Assembly: GCA_043228905.1 (NCBI GenBank)
Contig: JBHGNT010000018.1
Coordinates: 930,001 to 994,000, forward strand
Length of the DNA: 64,000 nt
From: Azolla caroliniana
Lineage: Eukaryota; Plantae; Polypodiophyta
Direction: 5' to 3'
This document shows positions 14,676-33,500 of the stretch, piece after piece. Both the position numbers and the translations under genes were made by a program. Below the pieces are notes generated by a model that was not told the DNA's origin, ran no database searches, and saw only the letters and a program-made list of their open reading frames with translations. Every line of letters starts with the position of its first letter. The first letter of the stretch is position 1.

Positions 14676-17600
14676 ATGGCAAGTTTTGCACGAAGTTCTA
14701 GCTCAAGCGTGCGACCACCACCCAATAATCATCAAATTGATACTGTGGAAGGTCTACCTTCTCCTTTCCAAGAATTAGGTATGGAGTTTTCTAGAGAAGA
14801 GCTAAGAGAAACAGGTTATGAGATTTTTGCCTTAGCTTGCAGAGCAGCTTTTGGTTCTTCTGGAAGCAACATTGTCAAAGCAAAAAGTAGCTTAAATTTT
14901 GTATCACAACCTCCCCAAAAGACGCTAAAATCGCATGCTGCTAGCTCTATCAAGAAGGCTCTTGGATTGCCTTCCAAAAGGAGTAGTGAAAATGATAAAG
15001 AGAGAGAGAGGGAGAAAGAGAAGTCGCCAGTTGATATCATTAGGATGCAAATGGGCATCTCAGATCATACTGATACTCGGACAAGGAGAGCTTTGTCTCG
15101 AACAGCTGCTGGCCAGGTATGTACACAAACAATGAATTCTATTTAGAGTTTTTGCCATTGCTGCATGATCCATGGTGTAGGCTCGATCTCTGCGCCTGAA
15201 AAAGATTACCATTTGAAAAAAGGACACCCCCCCCCCCCCCTGCCCGTTGTGCATGGTTGCCTTTATGATCCATGAGCTCAGAGTAGTGTTCCGAAATATA
15301 CGTCCATATGATGGCTTTGCAAGGATTTTTAAAGTTATGCTACCGAATTTATACATCTTAAGATCTTTATCTCCATAATACGAAATTTAGATATTGAGTT
15401 TCTCTAGAATTTGTCTTAAAAATTTCTATTCAAGTTCAGTTTTCTTTAAGCTTTAGCATTTCTCTTTGTTGTACACCAGGCGGGAAAGAATGTGGCTATG
15501 GTACTCCTCCCTTTGGAGCTTCTGCAGCAAATTAGGCTTGCTGATTTTGGAGATGTGAGAGAGTATCAACTGTGGCAGAAGCGTCAATTGAAGGCCCTTG
15601 AATTAGGTTTGCTTCTTCATCCATACATTAGCCTGAGCCAATCTGATAATGCTGCCCAGCAACGCCTGAGGAAAATCCTACATTCTAGCTTAGAAAAACC
15701 ATTAGAAACAGGGAAAAACTCAGAAAGTATGCAAGCCCTTAGGAGTGCAGCTATGAGCTTAGCAAGCAGAACTGATGGTGGTGATGATGGGAAGAAGCTA
15801 GAAGTTTGTCATTGGGCTGATGGATTCCCTTTCAACCTTCATCTATACCAGACGATGTTATCTTGCTCGTTTGATAGAGCTGATGAAACAAATATTATAG
15901 ATGAGGTTGATGATGTTATTGACGTGTTAAAGAAAACTTGGGGAATCCTAGGCATTACTCAAGCATTGCATAATGTGTGTTTCATGTGGGTACTCTTCCG
16001 CCAATTTATTGTGACTGGTCAAACTGAAGTAGATTTGCTGAAGGCCACCGAGAACCAGATGGGTGAAGTCACAAACGATGCCAAGGAAACGAAAGATCCT
16101 CAATACCTTTCAGTTTTAAGTACTGTTTTGACTTCAATACAAGCATGGTCAGAAAATAGATTATTTGCCTATCATGATACTTTCCCTACTGGAGCAAATG
16201 GGGCTATGGAGAATTTGCTTCCGGTTGCATTGAATGCTGCAAAAATCTTACATGAAGACATTGCCCATGAGTTCCGACGCCGGCGGAAGGAGGAAATAGA
16301 TGTTAGCAGCAGTAGAATAGAGCTGTATGTCCGATCTTCTCTGAAGACTGCATTTGCACAGGTGCATATTTGAGAAGTTTCAAGAGTCTTTTCAGTCTTT
16401 TCCTGATATATACTTTGTTGGTCATTAATTAAGGCTGGATTTTAACCATGTTAGGCAATGGAGCAAGCTGATTCGAGAAGAAAATCCATGAATAGGAAGG
16501 GGCCTACTCCAGGACTTGTTGGTTTAGCTAATTGTACAATAGAATTGATAAGGGTTGAAAGAGAGAAGTTCAGCCCTGTGCTGAATAAATGGCACCCATT
16601 AGCTGCAAGTCTTGCTGCTGCTACTCTACACTCTTGTTTTAGCCGAGAGTTAAAACAGTATTTATCTGGTGTAAGTATTTTCACTGCCGAACTAACAGAG
16701 GTCTTGCAGTCAGCAGATCAGTTAGAGCAAGAGCTTGTGCAAATAGCAGTTGAAGGTGCTGTTGATTCGGATGATGGTGGTAAAAGGATTATTCGAGAAA
16801 TGGTTCCTTTCGAAGCACAGACTACAATTATGTCTTTATCACGGAGCTGGATGCAGGAAAAGCTCAACCATCTTCGTGAATGGATTGAACGAAATGTTAA
16901 TCAAGAGGTAACAAGAATTACTTTTCTCATGGAACATGGATATTTAGGCACATTAAGAGTGTTTGGTCGTATCTTCTTTCCTCAGGATTGGAATCCCCAA
17001 GCATTGCGGGAGCATTATGGTGCTTCGATTGTAGAGGTTTTCCGGTTGATTGAAGAGACTTTAGATTCCTTCTTTGCACTGCCCATGGCGGACCCTTCTT
17101 TGTTGCTTCCTGACCTGGTGCTAGGCCTAGATAGGGCACTACTCCGTTATGTAGTTGTCACAAGGAGTGGTTGTGGTAAGGCATCTAATTTGGTTAAAAT
17201 TTAATTTGAGGTGCTGGTGTTACTAATCAGGTTTATGAATTATAGCTTCTGAAAATGTTGTGTTACCTATTTACAGGCTCTAAGAAGGATATAATTCCAC
17301 AATTTCCACCACTCACCAGATGCAAAGAAACCAAGCTTCATTCAAGCTTTGGCGGATTGTGGAAGAAGAAAGACAAAAGTCCAACTCCTAACAGAAATAA
17401 AGGTCAAGAAAATGGCAGGCACAAAGTTGGATCTTTATCATCCAAGATATGTGTTCGTATCAATACCTTGCACCACATTCAGACACAAATTGATGCTCTT
17501 GAAACAAGAATTGCAAATGGCTGGAAGACAAACTCTGGTACTACGAAAAGCAGTAAGAAGGGGAGCAGGTCTCAAACTCAACCTCCACCTCAACAGAATG

Positions 17601-18277
17601 GCACTCATCTTCGATTTGAACAAACGCGCACAGGGGTTCAAGAGGCCATCCCATTGCTTTGTGAGATAGTTGTATATCATGTTGTTTTTCAAGATCTACG
17701 CTCAGAGTTTTGGGAAGGTTTATATTATGGGTCTGTTGCCCAAGCTCGGATAGAGCCAGTTATCCAATCACTCGAGTCCCAACTGGTTTTTATGTCAGAG
17801 ACCATACACGAAAAACTAATAACACGTTTGATTTCCACCTTGATGAAGGTTAGCTTTGAGACATTACTAATGGTAATGCTTGCAGGGGGTCCTGGTAGAG
17901 TTTTCTATGTTAATGACGCTGAAATGCTCCATGAAGATTTCAATGCTTTGAAGGATCTTTTTAAAGCTGATGGAGAAGGCATACCCAGTGATGCAGTTGA
18001 AAAAGCTGCTAGGGTTGTGACTCAAGTTCTTCCTTTGTTTGCTTTAAGCACGATTGATCTCATACATAACTTTAGGCAATCTTTGCTAGAAGCACAAGGC
18101 CAAAATTCAAGTAAGTCTAGGATGCCTCTTCCTGAAACCACAGGTCAGTGGGGCCCAACTGATGCTAATACTTTGTTGCGTGTTCTCTGCCACCGGTCTG
18201 ATCCAGCAGCTTCCAAGTTTTTGAAGAAGACATATGATCTACCTAAAAGTGGTTCAGTGATATATAATGCCAAATAG
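14676..18277 (+). CDS. DUF810 / Munc13-homology (unc-13-like) protein, PATROL1-related family, intron-poor clade
   Basis: Exons 14676-15116, 15480-16361, 16455-16907, 16986-17175 and 17277-18277 are in frame. Motifs: LPSPF...ELRETGYEIF, LLPLELLQQ, CHWADGFPFN, LLMVMLAGGP, GQWGPTDANTLLRVLCHRSD...SKFLKKTYDLPK. Confidence 0.93.
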
Positions 18278-20215
18278 AGTAAGGTTCAGTTTTGAAATGT
18301 GAAGTACATATATCATCTGCGAGGTATATATTCCACAAGGGGTATGTTTGTAGAAGGCAGCTTTTGCCGCATTTGTATACTTTTATGAATCATATCCCAT
18401 GAGCATTTATGGACTTCTTTGCTGATATGGTTATGAAGACCATGATTGAGACAACATTTCTTCAAACTCAGACAAAGTTGTTTGGAAACTGAGCTTTTGC
18501 ATTTATAGCCCGGGAGAATTGTCTTCCATTGTGAAGAGTAGTTTCTGCTGTGCTGCAATATCTTGTTGATACAAGTAAAGAACCAGGACAGAAGACGCTG
18601 ACATACTAATGCCAACAAGCTCATGGTTTTCTGATTGGGCAAAATCAAGTCTCCAATTAGGGGTTTTTTAGTGATGCATGCGCTGAGTAACTGAATGCAT
18701 TTCTGTTTATCTTGTAATTCACATGGAAGAATATAGCAACAGCAATTGAAAATCTGTTAAAATGTAATAAAATAATCTTTGATTATTTTGGTTGCTATAG
18801 ACGTTGGTATTGTATTTATACATGACATATAATTCAAAATACAGTTTTTTGTAATAATTCAAAAGCATTAAAAACAAGCAACATTTTTGCAGAGCTTTAA
18901 ACCATTTTCAAAAGTACCATTTCAGAAGATACGGTTATATCTTAATATAGCTTCTTCTGAAACAGATAATTGAATTGTATGTTGTGTGGTGTTACCATCT
19001 CTATTCTTAATTTGCAGCTTCCTGGTGCAGGATTATGTGAAAATTGTGTTTTTTTCTCATCGTATTTGTTCATCTTGAATAAGTTGATCTCGTAAGATTC
19101 ATTGAGATAATTCTGAAATAGGTAAGGCCTATGATGTGTTTGGGACCTAAGAAAGTTTTAATTGTTACATTCAATCCATTGATAATAACATCAAATAATA
19201 TTTCTCACTTTTTGGTACCGCATGGGTTGACGGTTATTGCTAGCTAACATGTTTAGTTTGATAGACTGTTTGTAGCCACCCATGTAACATGAGTACTATA
19301 TCCATTTACCTGCACATGTATATGGCCATGTATAGGACAAGAGCACTGGATCTGTCTATGCAATGCAATGATGGTAGAACGAAATTTTTTTTGCCTTCTG
19401 TTATCAGAGAAGTGCACATAGTTGGCCTTCTGTTATCACTTGATAGCTGTTGTAGGGACAACTTTTGGTCAAGAAACGGTGTATTATGTTCAATTGGTTT
19501 TCAATTTCTACCACCTTTGCTGCGTTTTTATACAATGCAAAATTCAAGTTCTTTTCGATGGTTTGTGCTGTTTTGTTGGGGTACTTTGGTATCAGTGTGA
19601 TTTCTTTAGGAGGGATACAAAGATTTACCTTATGAAGTCATGCGTCCACCAAACAGCATCAATGAAAATGATTCTCAAGTCTACTGTACCAGATATTCCA
19701 AAATATCATGTAAACCTCTACCTATACTCAGACCATTGATACAGGGTACGTGTGCTAATTGGAACATAATCTAATCCACATGTATTGTTATCCACATGAA
19801 TACATCCAAAAAATAGAGTAAAATTTCTCTATAATCCACTAAGGCAATAATAATTCAAGATTTAGAAACAAAGTGGCCTCTGCACCCAGGCATAAATCCT
19901 TCTATATGACAATATTTCATGCACCAGAATTATACATATGTGGTGTAATTTGTACACTGACTAGCGCTAATAGTTAGCAAAACCGGCTAAGACATAAATC
20001 CTTCTATATGACGAGATTTCAAGCAACAGAATTGTACACTCATTAGACCTAATAGATAGCAAAAAGGGCCAAGACTGTGTATAAACAGTCATATTTGTAG
20101 AAGCAAACGATATTATGGCATTTGCAACCATCCAAACCTAATCCTTGTGTATGCATAAAATTGATGAATAAATGGCAACAAGATCTAAATGGTGTGTTGT
20201 TAAAGCCTAACCCGA

Positions 20216-21905
20216 TCAAGGCTCAGATTGATCACTGCATAGTACAAGAACCCCGTGCTTTTCACAGAGGGCTTGCTCCTGAACAGCATTCACAGCCATG
20301 CCATAGCTATACCGAAGAGGCATGGCACCCCAAAGACGATGGAAATCAGTGATACAATCACCCCTCCTCTTTCTATGTTGCTTTTTTGCACTCAATGCTG
20401 AGGTGCTCACCAGGTCAGCAGCATCAGACTGTACTGAATTGCGCGTATCACCATAGTCCCTTAGCTTTCCTTTTACGAGCAATGGCCCTTGGTTTGAGCT
20501 ATTAGCCACAACAAAATTCATGGCGATGTCTTCACAGTTGCGTTCTTGATCAATGTACTCTCTGATACTAGGAGGCATTTCACATGCATATTTATACAAA
20601 TAGTCCGTTGCTAGAACCATAGATTTTGTGAGCATGATAGAGTACCTGTCAGAATTTCATATAATATTAGCCACCAAGAAATTCATTGCAATAAATCTTC
20701 ACATTTGCTTTCTTTATCAGCATATTCTCTGATACTATGGCATTTCACATGTTTAGAGTACAGGTTAAGTATGTAGTATAATACCCCACGACAAAACTCA
20801 TGCCAAAATATTCAAAATTCCTTAATTAATAAACATACATTATGATACCATAGGGCACCTCATTGCCATTATGATACAAATAATCTGTATCTGAAATTAT
20901 GATTTTATGAGCAAGATACAGTAAATTCATGTGAATTCATGGTTCCTTTCTTTATCGACATACTCTCTGATACCATACAGGATTTCACGTGTATAGTTAC
21001 ATAAGTCATTTGTAGTTTCCTTTTCATTACCACCATATTTCTGATACCATGTGTAACTATACAAAATCATCTGTACCTTTACTTTCTTTATAATCTCCAG
21101 CGCATTTCACATGTACAGTCATACAAAAATGTAGCTTTATCCTTTCTTTACCAAGACACTGCCTGATTATCATCCAAATATGTATCTTGATTGTCCTTTA
21201 AGTACATACTATACATTCGCATGTGGAGTTAAACAGAATGTAACTTTCCTTTCCTAAAAAACACGCTCTGTTATTTTTACCTTCTTTACCATCAATCAAT
21301 CTGTAGCTATAACAGCCACAGGTCTTGTGAGCAATATAGATCGAAGAGTACCTGTCAGGATGAATGGTGTAGATCCATGACTTCATCTTCAAGTGATATT
21401 CGTGTGACCGAGGGAAGAATCCTACAATTCGGTCTTCATTCTGCTTCCAGATCTGAAATGCAAGCTTCAGATCATCGAGGTCCATGGTAATATCGTCATC
21501 ACAGACCAACACGGCCCTTGTTCTGATATAAGAACGAGGAGAGAACCGTTCATTGAGGCTAGAAGAGGTCTGTCTGACGAGAAACACGGGCGATCCGAGA
21601 GAGACGAAGTCGGTTTGATTGAGAAGCATCCATGGGGTGGATGTATTCCCCCACAGGATATAGATGGAATGAACGACGGGAGAGACGGAGTAAGCGCGAG
21701 CGATCTGCTTCAGGAGAGAGAGGCGAGCTTCGGCGAATCCACTGATGAGGACAGAGATCTGATCGGAGATGAGCTTCCACGGGGGAGGGTAGAGGGTTCT
21801 GTCACAGAGATCGAGCCCTGAAGAAGAAGAAGAAGAAGAAGAAACAGAAGAAGGAAGAAGAAGGAGAAGGAGAAGGAGAAGGAGAGGCCATAGCCATGGG
21901 GCCAT
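20216..21905 (-). CDS. Glycosyltransferase family 64 (exostosin-like; At1g80290/C3-type), with N-terminal signal or anchor
   Basis: Exons 21905-21352 and 20645-20216. Motifs: SDQISVLISGF, SLNERFSPR, AVLVCDDD (DxD), RIVGFFPRSH, DRYSIMLTK across the junction, RNCEDIAMNFVVA, RGDCITDF. Poly-Leu N-terminus. Confidence 0.93.
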
Positions 21906-22100
21906 GGAGAGCTTCTAAGACATTTTATGTATAATCTTACTTACCGTTAAGAAGGAGGAAGAAGCCATAGCCATGGGGCCATGGGAAGCTTCTAAGACAA
22001 TTTATGTATAGTCTTACTTAGTGTTAAGAAGGAAGAAGAAGAAGAAGCCATAGCCATGGGAAGCTTCTAAGACATTGTTATGCATTCTTACTTAGTGTTA
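21885..22100 (-). repeat. Three ~75-bp tandem copies spanning the GT64 start codon, followed by (GTGTTA)n
   Basis: gccatagccatggg...agcttctaagaca..tatg...tcttactta..gtta recurs at ~21887, ~21964 and ~22047. Confidence 0.85.
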
Positions 22101-23929
22101 GTGTTAGTGTTAGTGTTAGTGTTAATGTTAGTGCCTACGTGTATGTGTGGAAATATGGACATAGTTAGCATCCATGAGATGGGGTACATATTTCATTGGA
22201 TAAGATCGAGACATGGATAAGATCGAGCCCATGTCTGGGAGTTTAACTCAAGTTCTCTTAGTTCTGTTACTTCCAATAATTCATCGTCGTCAACCTCCAG
22301 ATCGGAACTTCCTTTAGCATCACCAATTTGCATAAAGAGATGTGAACAAGCATCATCGATCAATTGAGTGGTTTTGTGATGAATGGGTTGTGGCCATGGC
22401 TATCTATGAGATTTGATATGGTTTGGTACATAAATGGATATGGCTAGCTAGGTTTATCTATCGGGGTTTTGCAAAACAATATCATCATGTCATGTTTTTT
22501 TTAAAACCTTAGAGGATATCACTTTTTTATTTTGGCAATTGATGAGTTTGGACAATGACATGTAAAGCATTGGAAATTTTTTACGTTTTTATAAGATGAC
22601 GTGAAACCCCGAAAAGGCCCGCTCTATCTAGTTGTCAAAACATTAATGTAAACATGTTGAATTTGTGGTAGACGCTACACCAATTATCTTCAAATGCGAA
22701 TGTTACTCATAAATAGTGTCGTGTTGTGTTGTTGTTCAAGGTATCATGCAATGACAACATTAAAAGGCCTTCATGCGGCCATTATATTAGGACAATCAAA
22801 GCAAATTAGGTATATCCCTTGTCAAACTTCATTATGATAACGTGTTTTGTTTCTTGATTTCTATTAAGGTGGATAATGAAAGCAAAGGTAGCTCTTTTGA
22901 ACTACGTTGCCATCACTTTCAACGTTAATTCACTCGTATGATAACAATGCTAATGGATTATTGAGTAATAATAGACTAAATGGACGTCCTTATATCTAGA
23001 GTTATTGCATGAGAACCTTCTCGTGAGTATGCCTTGGTTCAATGGATCATGGAGCTCACTATTCCATTCCAAGTTTTATGTGCGAAAAAGTCTAGTTCAG
23101 GTTTTTATGGGAAGGTCTTTTTATGGTTATTAGCTCGCTAGCATGTCTAGTTCTCTAATTCTATCATCACTAACACGTTAATGTATGTTGGCATGAATGT
23201 GTGCTCCTACAAGGATCCATATATTCTTCACACAAAATGTTCTTTCTATGTATTGACTTCATTTTCAATGAGTGTATCATCAACACAAAGTGCACACATG
23301 CACACACATTCGAAGATAAGTTAACTGATCCAAAATGTTGCGAAACAATGAGGGTGTTGGGACGTGCAACGAGCACACAAATAACACGACATGACCTCTA
23401 CCACGCCGATGATTTGCATCGTACCAAGGCTTGCTTCAATTATTATTAGCATTATATCGATGTAATGCCAGCCTGCGGTAAGTGCCAATTCGAACACACA
23501 CATGCACACACAAGTAGCGAGGAATCATAAAGAGCATGATTGGAACCAATGCACCACCGTCACATGATGCACATGATGTAGGATAGATATCACAGGTCGA
23601 TATCTTTAGCATCCATAGAGAGGCCTTATATTGATCCATTGGACCTAGATAGATAGATACGGGCCACACGAGAGATTAGCCGACGGGACATGGATCGATG
23701 GGAGGTAGCTCATTCCACGATGTAATTCGTGAGTGCGTGTTTCGGAGATCAATCTCTATACATATGTATGTACAGATTTGGGTGTGTGTGGTCTCTAAAA
23801 TCCAGAGGTTTTCTTTTTCTTTTTGTGCTTTTTCACCTTTTTTGGGGTGGGCCTGTGTGTGTGTTGGACATGTTTTGAGTGTAGAAACAGAAAACAGAAA
23901 ACAGAAACACAGGAAGGAAAGGAGGAGAA

Positions 23930-24180
23930 GGAGAATGGCGATGGCGATGGCGATGGCGAGGAAGGCGACGATGGAGGAGGAGGAGGGGAAAAGGAAAGAA
24001 GAAGAAAAGGAATGAAAGAGAAATTGTAGCCAAGAGAATCGGGGGGGGGGGGGGGGATAGACGCCTGCTACTACAGACAACACACACAACACAGAGAGAG
24101 AGAGAGAGAAACAGACAGACAGACGAAGTTGAAGAAGGAGAAGAAGTAGGAGAAGAAGAAGGAGAAGGAGAAGACGACAA

Positions 24181-24211
<31 letters not shown>

Positions 24212-24300
24212 TTTCTTTTATTATCGCCAATCTATTCTATTTTCTTATCCTTTACTCCAATACATACACATACATACATTATACATACATACATAGATAT
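23930..24300. repeat. Microsatellite cluster: (ATGGCG)n, poly-G, (GA)n, (CT)n, (TACA)n, upstream of the MDAR4 leader
   Basis: Simple repeats read directly from the sequence. Confidence 0.85.
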
Positions 24301-24349
24301 ATGTACGTATGTCTATGGGTTTGAGGGCCCCCCCATCTCCCTCTCCCTG

Positions 24350-30737
<6,388 letters not shown>

Positions 30738-33500
30738 GAGAGGTGAATTGAAACTTTTTTTTTTCTAACTGCATCAGGAATGAGGTTCACGCAAGAGCAA
30801 AAAAAGGTAGCAAACGGGTTGTTGGTTTTTGATTGATTCTGGATCTAAATTCAAGAATGGGTTTGTGTCGAAAAAACGAATGTAAAGTTAAGGTGGTGAT
30901 GACCTATGCAAAAAAAATGTAATACTAAACAATTATGGGCACTACGGGTTTTTATTTGATTAGTTATCGATTCATTTTTTAAACCAACTCTGTATTGTGA
31001 CGTTGTGAATTATATTTTGACTGTTTATTACATCATGTATTGATTGGATTGTTATGTTCCTAGTTATTCACGTTTCAGAATTATAAATGACTTCTTCAAT
31101 CTGACTTTGTTCTTGCTAGTCTCTGTTCACACCTGTTCATATTAACAAATGATTTGTTCCAGTAAATGATTCAGTATTAGAACAAGCTGAAATTCCACCA
31201 ATGGATATGATTCCATTTTTGGACAACCAGTGCTTCCCTTTGAAAGAACTTTAGAAAGGTAGCTGGGTATGCATCTAGGACAATTCATGAGCCATTTTTA
31301 GACATGGGGATAGTACATTTTATTTTGCTTTGTTAGGGGTCGAGATTTCCAAGTCAATTTAAATGGAGTCACAATACCAAACCTAAAGCATAAAAACAGA
31401 TATAGAGCAACTCATTATGGTGAATGCAGTGACCTAGTATTTGGAAGCAATAGGTTGTAATGTTGTTGTACCTTTTGGGGTATGAAGAATGTAAAGTGCT
31501 AACTAAATATATTTAGTAATCCATATTAGAGTCTACATATGCACTTGCAATGCAAGTTGTTATATGCTTTGTGAGTTTTTAAATGTTGCTAGCAAATTAG
31601 CTTGGACATGGTGGTGGAATGAACTATGAGTGTTGTTTGGGTTTCATTGCACTCTTATCACCATGAAGGGAGGGAATCATTAAGAAAATGATTTTTTTGG
31701 AAGTGGTGTCTGTTAAAAACAAGTATAATTTCTTTGCACTTAGAGTTTTCTTTATAAGGAAGATAGCGATGTCACATAACATGAAGTCACTTGTCATTTA
31801 TATAGTGGAGATCAACATGCGCACTTGGATGAATAGGTAGGTATTCAAGGTAAGGGAAACAACCAAGGATTTGTCAATGCATGCTTAGAGACTAATTTTA
31901 CTAAATTGGGAAAATGATGAGATTATGCTTGTAATGTCTTTTGTTAAATATGAGCTCATAATCATATCAACATGTGATGAAGCACATAAATATACTTTAG
32001 AAATCCTATAATTACCAAACTTTATCTAATATAACGTTTGAGAGAAATTATGGAAGTATGCTTGTCCATTTTTCAAAATTACCAAAATATCCCTTGGTAT
32101 ATATTTCATTACGTTGGTTCCAAAATGGGTATCTTGAAATTGTTGGATTAGAAGCTTAATTCACTAAAAACAATCCGATTATGGGCATGTCTTAGGTTAG
32201 TTGGATTAGAAACTTAATTCGTTAAAGTTTATGCTTCTTAGTAGAAATTGGGCATTAAGTTTTTTTTTTTCTAGTTAGAAAATGCCCTAATTGAGATACT
32301 ATGTTTTTTAATTTGCTAATGTACTTTTTTGGGTTTAGGTTTTGATTGTAGTATAGTAATTGGTTTTTAATTTTGTGATTAGGACCTCAATATGGGATAT
32401 ATGGAAGTACTAGTGAAAATAAAGAGGAAAGCTTTCAAAATCATGTCAGTACATGTGATCACATTTATAAGATTTTTTCCGATTGCAAACCCTTCTCTTG
32501 TTTTTAATAAAATCCAATGTGTATAAGCATATTTTCTCTATTTTTGGAAAATATGCAAGCATATCTTTAGAACCTAATATGTATAATAAACCTCTATATC
32601 TATAAGCAAACCCCTCATGTTTATGGAAACTCCATATCACAACCCCCACTCATTTTTAAACGAACTTTGATATCTATAAACATATATTTGTGTAGTTTTT
32701 AGAGCCAAAATCCGTCCCTCCTTTAACATTTTGAACTTTGCTCACTTGATGAAACTTACAAAATATCATGGATCTCAATTGTATGGTTACTTTTGGTGAG
32801 ATTTGATATAGAAAACATGTTTTCTTGCGCTAAACTCAAGTATATATTATTACAAAGATCCTACATAGAATCATACATAGCTCCTATCATTATATAATAT
32901 ACTACTATGTAAAGTGATTGATTCATGAAAATTTTGTTGGGGACAAAAGCTTGAGTTTGAAGTGACATTTGGAACACAAAGATGCCAAGTGTTCTTAGGA
33001 AGTTATGACAAGTATATAGGAAATGAATAGAGATCCTTACACAAATGATAGCACTATAGAGTTTGCTTACTAAAATACACTACTGTTGAAGGCATGATAC
33101 ACACATAATATCAATATCATACAGTATATTATGGCTGTTTAACATATGGTAACATGATAATTATGTGTATGACATTATAAATGATTCTTTTCTTTGATAA
33201 GAAATCTAGAGCATGGAGAAAAGTGCAAAAGTAGAGACCCCGCTAGGAAAACCTTTATAATAGCATTGTATAGATTGTGTTATTTAGGCAAAGCGGCAAA
33301 CATTCGCATGTTTGGGTGCAAGGACACCTAATTTGCATTTTTGTTAGAGGTTCATTTCGTGAATCTTAAAATGCATGGTTTATGAGGGGCTACATCTTTC
33401 TCATTCATTTATGTTTTGCTTCATGTGTTATTATTATTTTTCTATCTTTCAATGTAGTTCTTGTTATGTAGAAAACATTTGGCCAAGCAATTGTGGTACC

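Noticed and set aside
14676-18277. Calling this gene PATROL1
   Set aside because: Its five-exon structure and N-terminus fit the intron-poor DUF810 paralogs rather than intron-rich PATROL1; phylogeny is needed.
23640-23900. Possible MIRNA precursor
   Set aside because: No match by eye to conserved plant miRNA families and no long foldback.
23676-24230. 184-aa, 115-aa and 105-aa ORFs
   Set aside because: They are translations of microsatellites (poly-L/S/E, MAMAMA) with no domain motifs.
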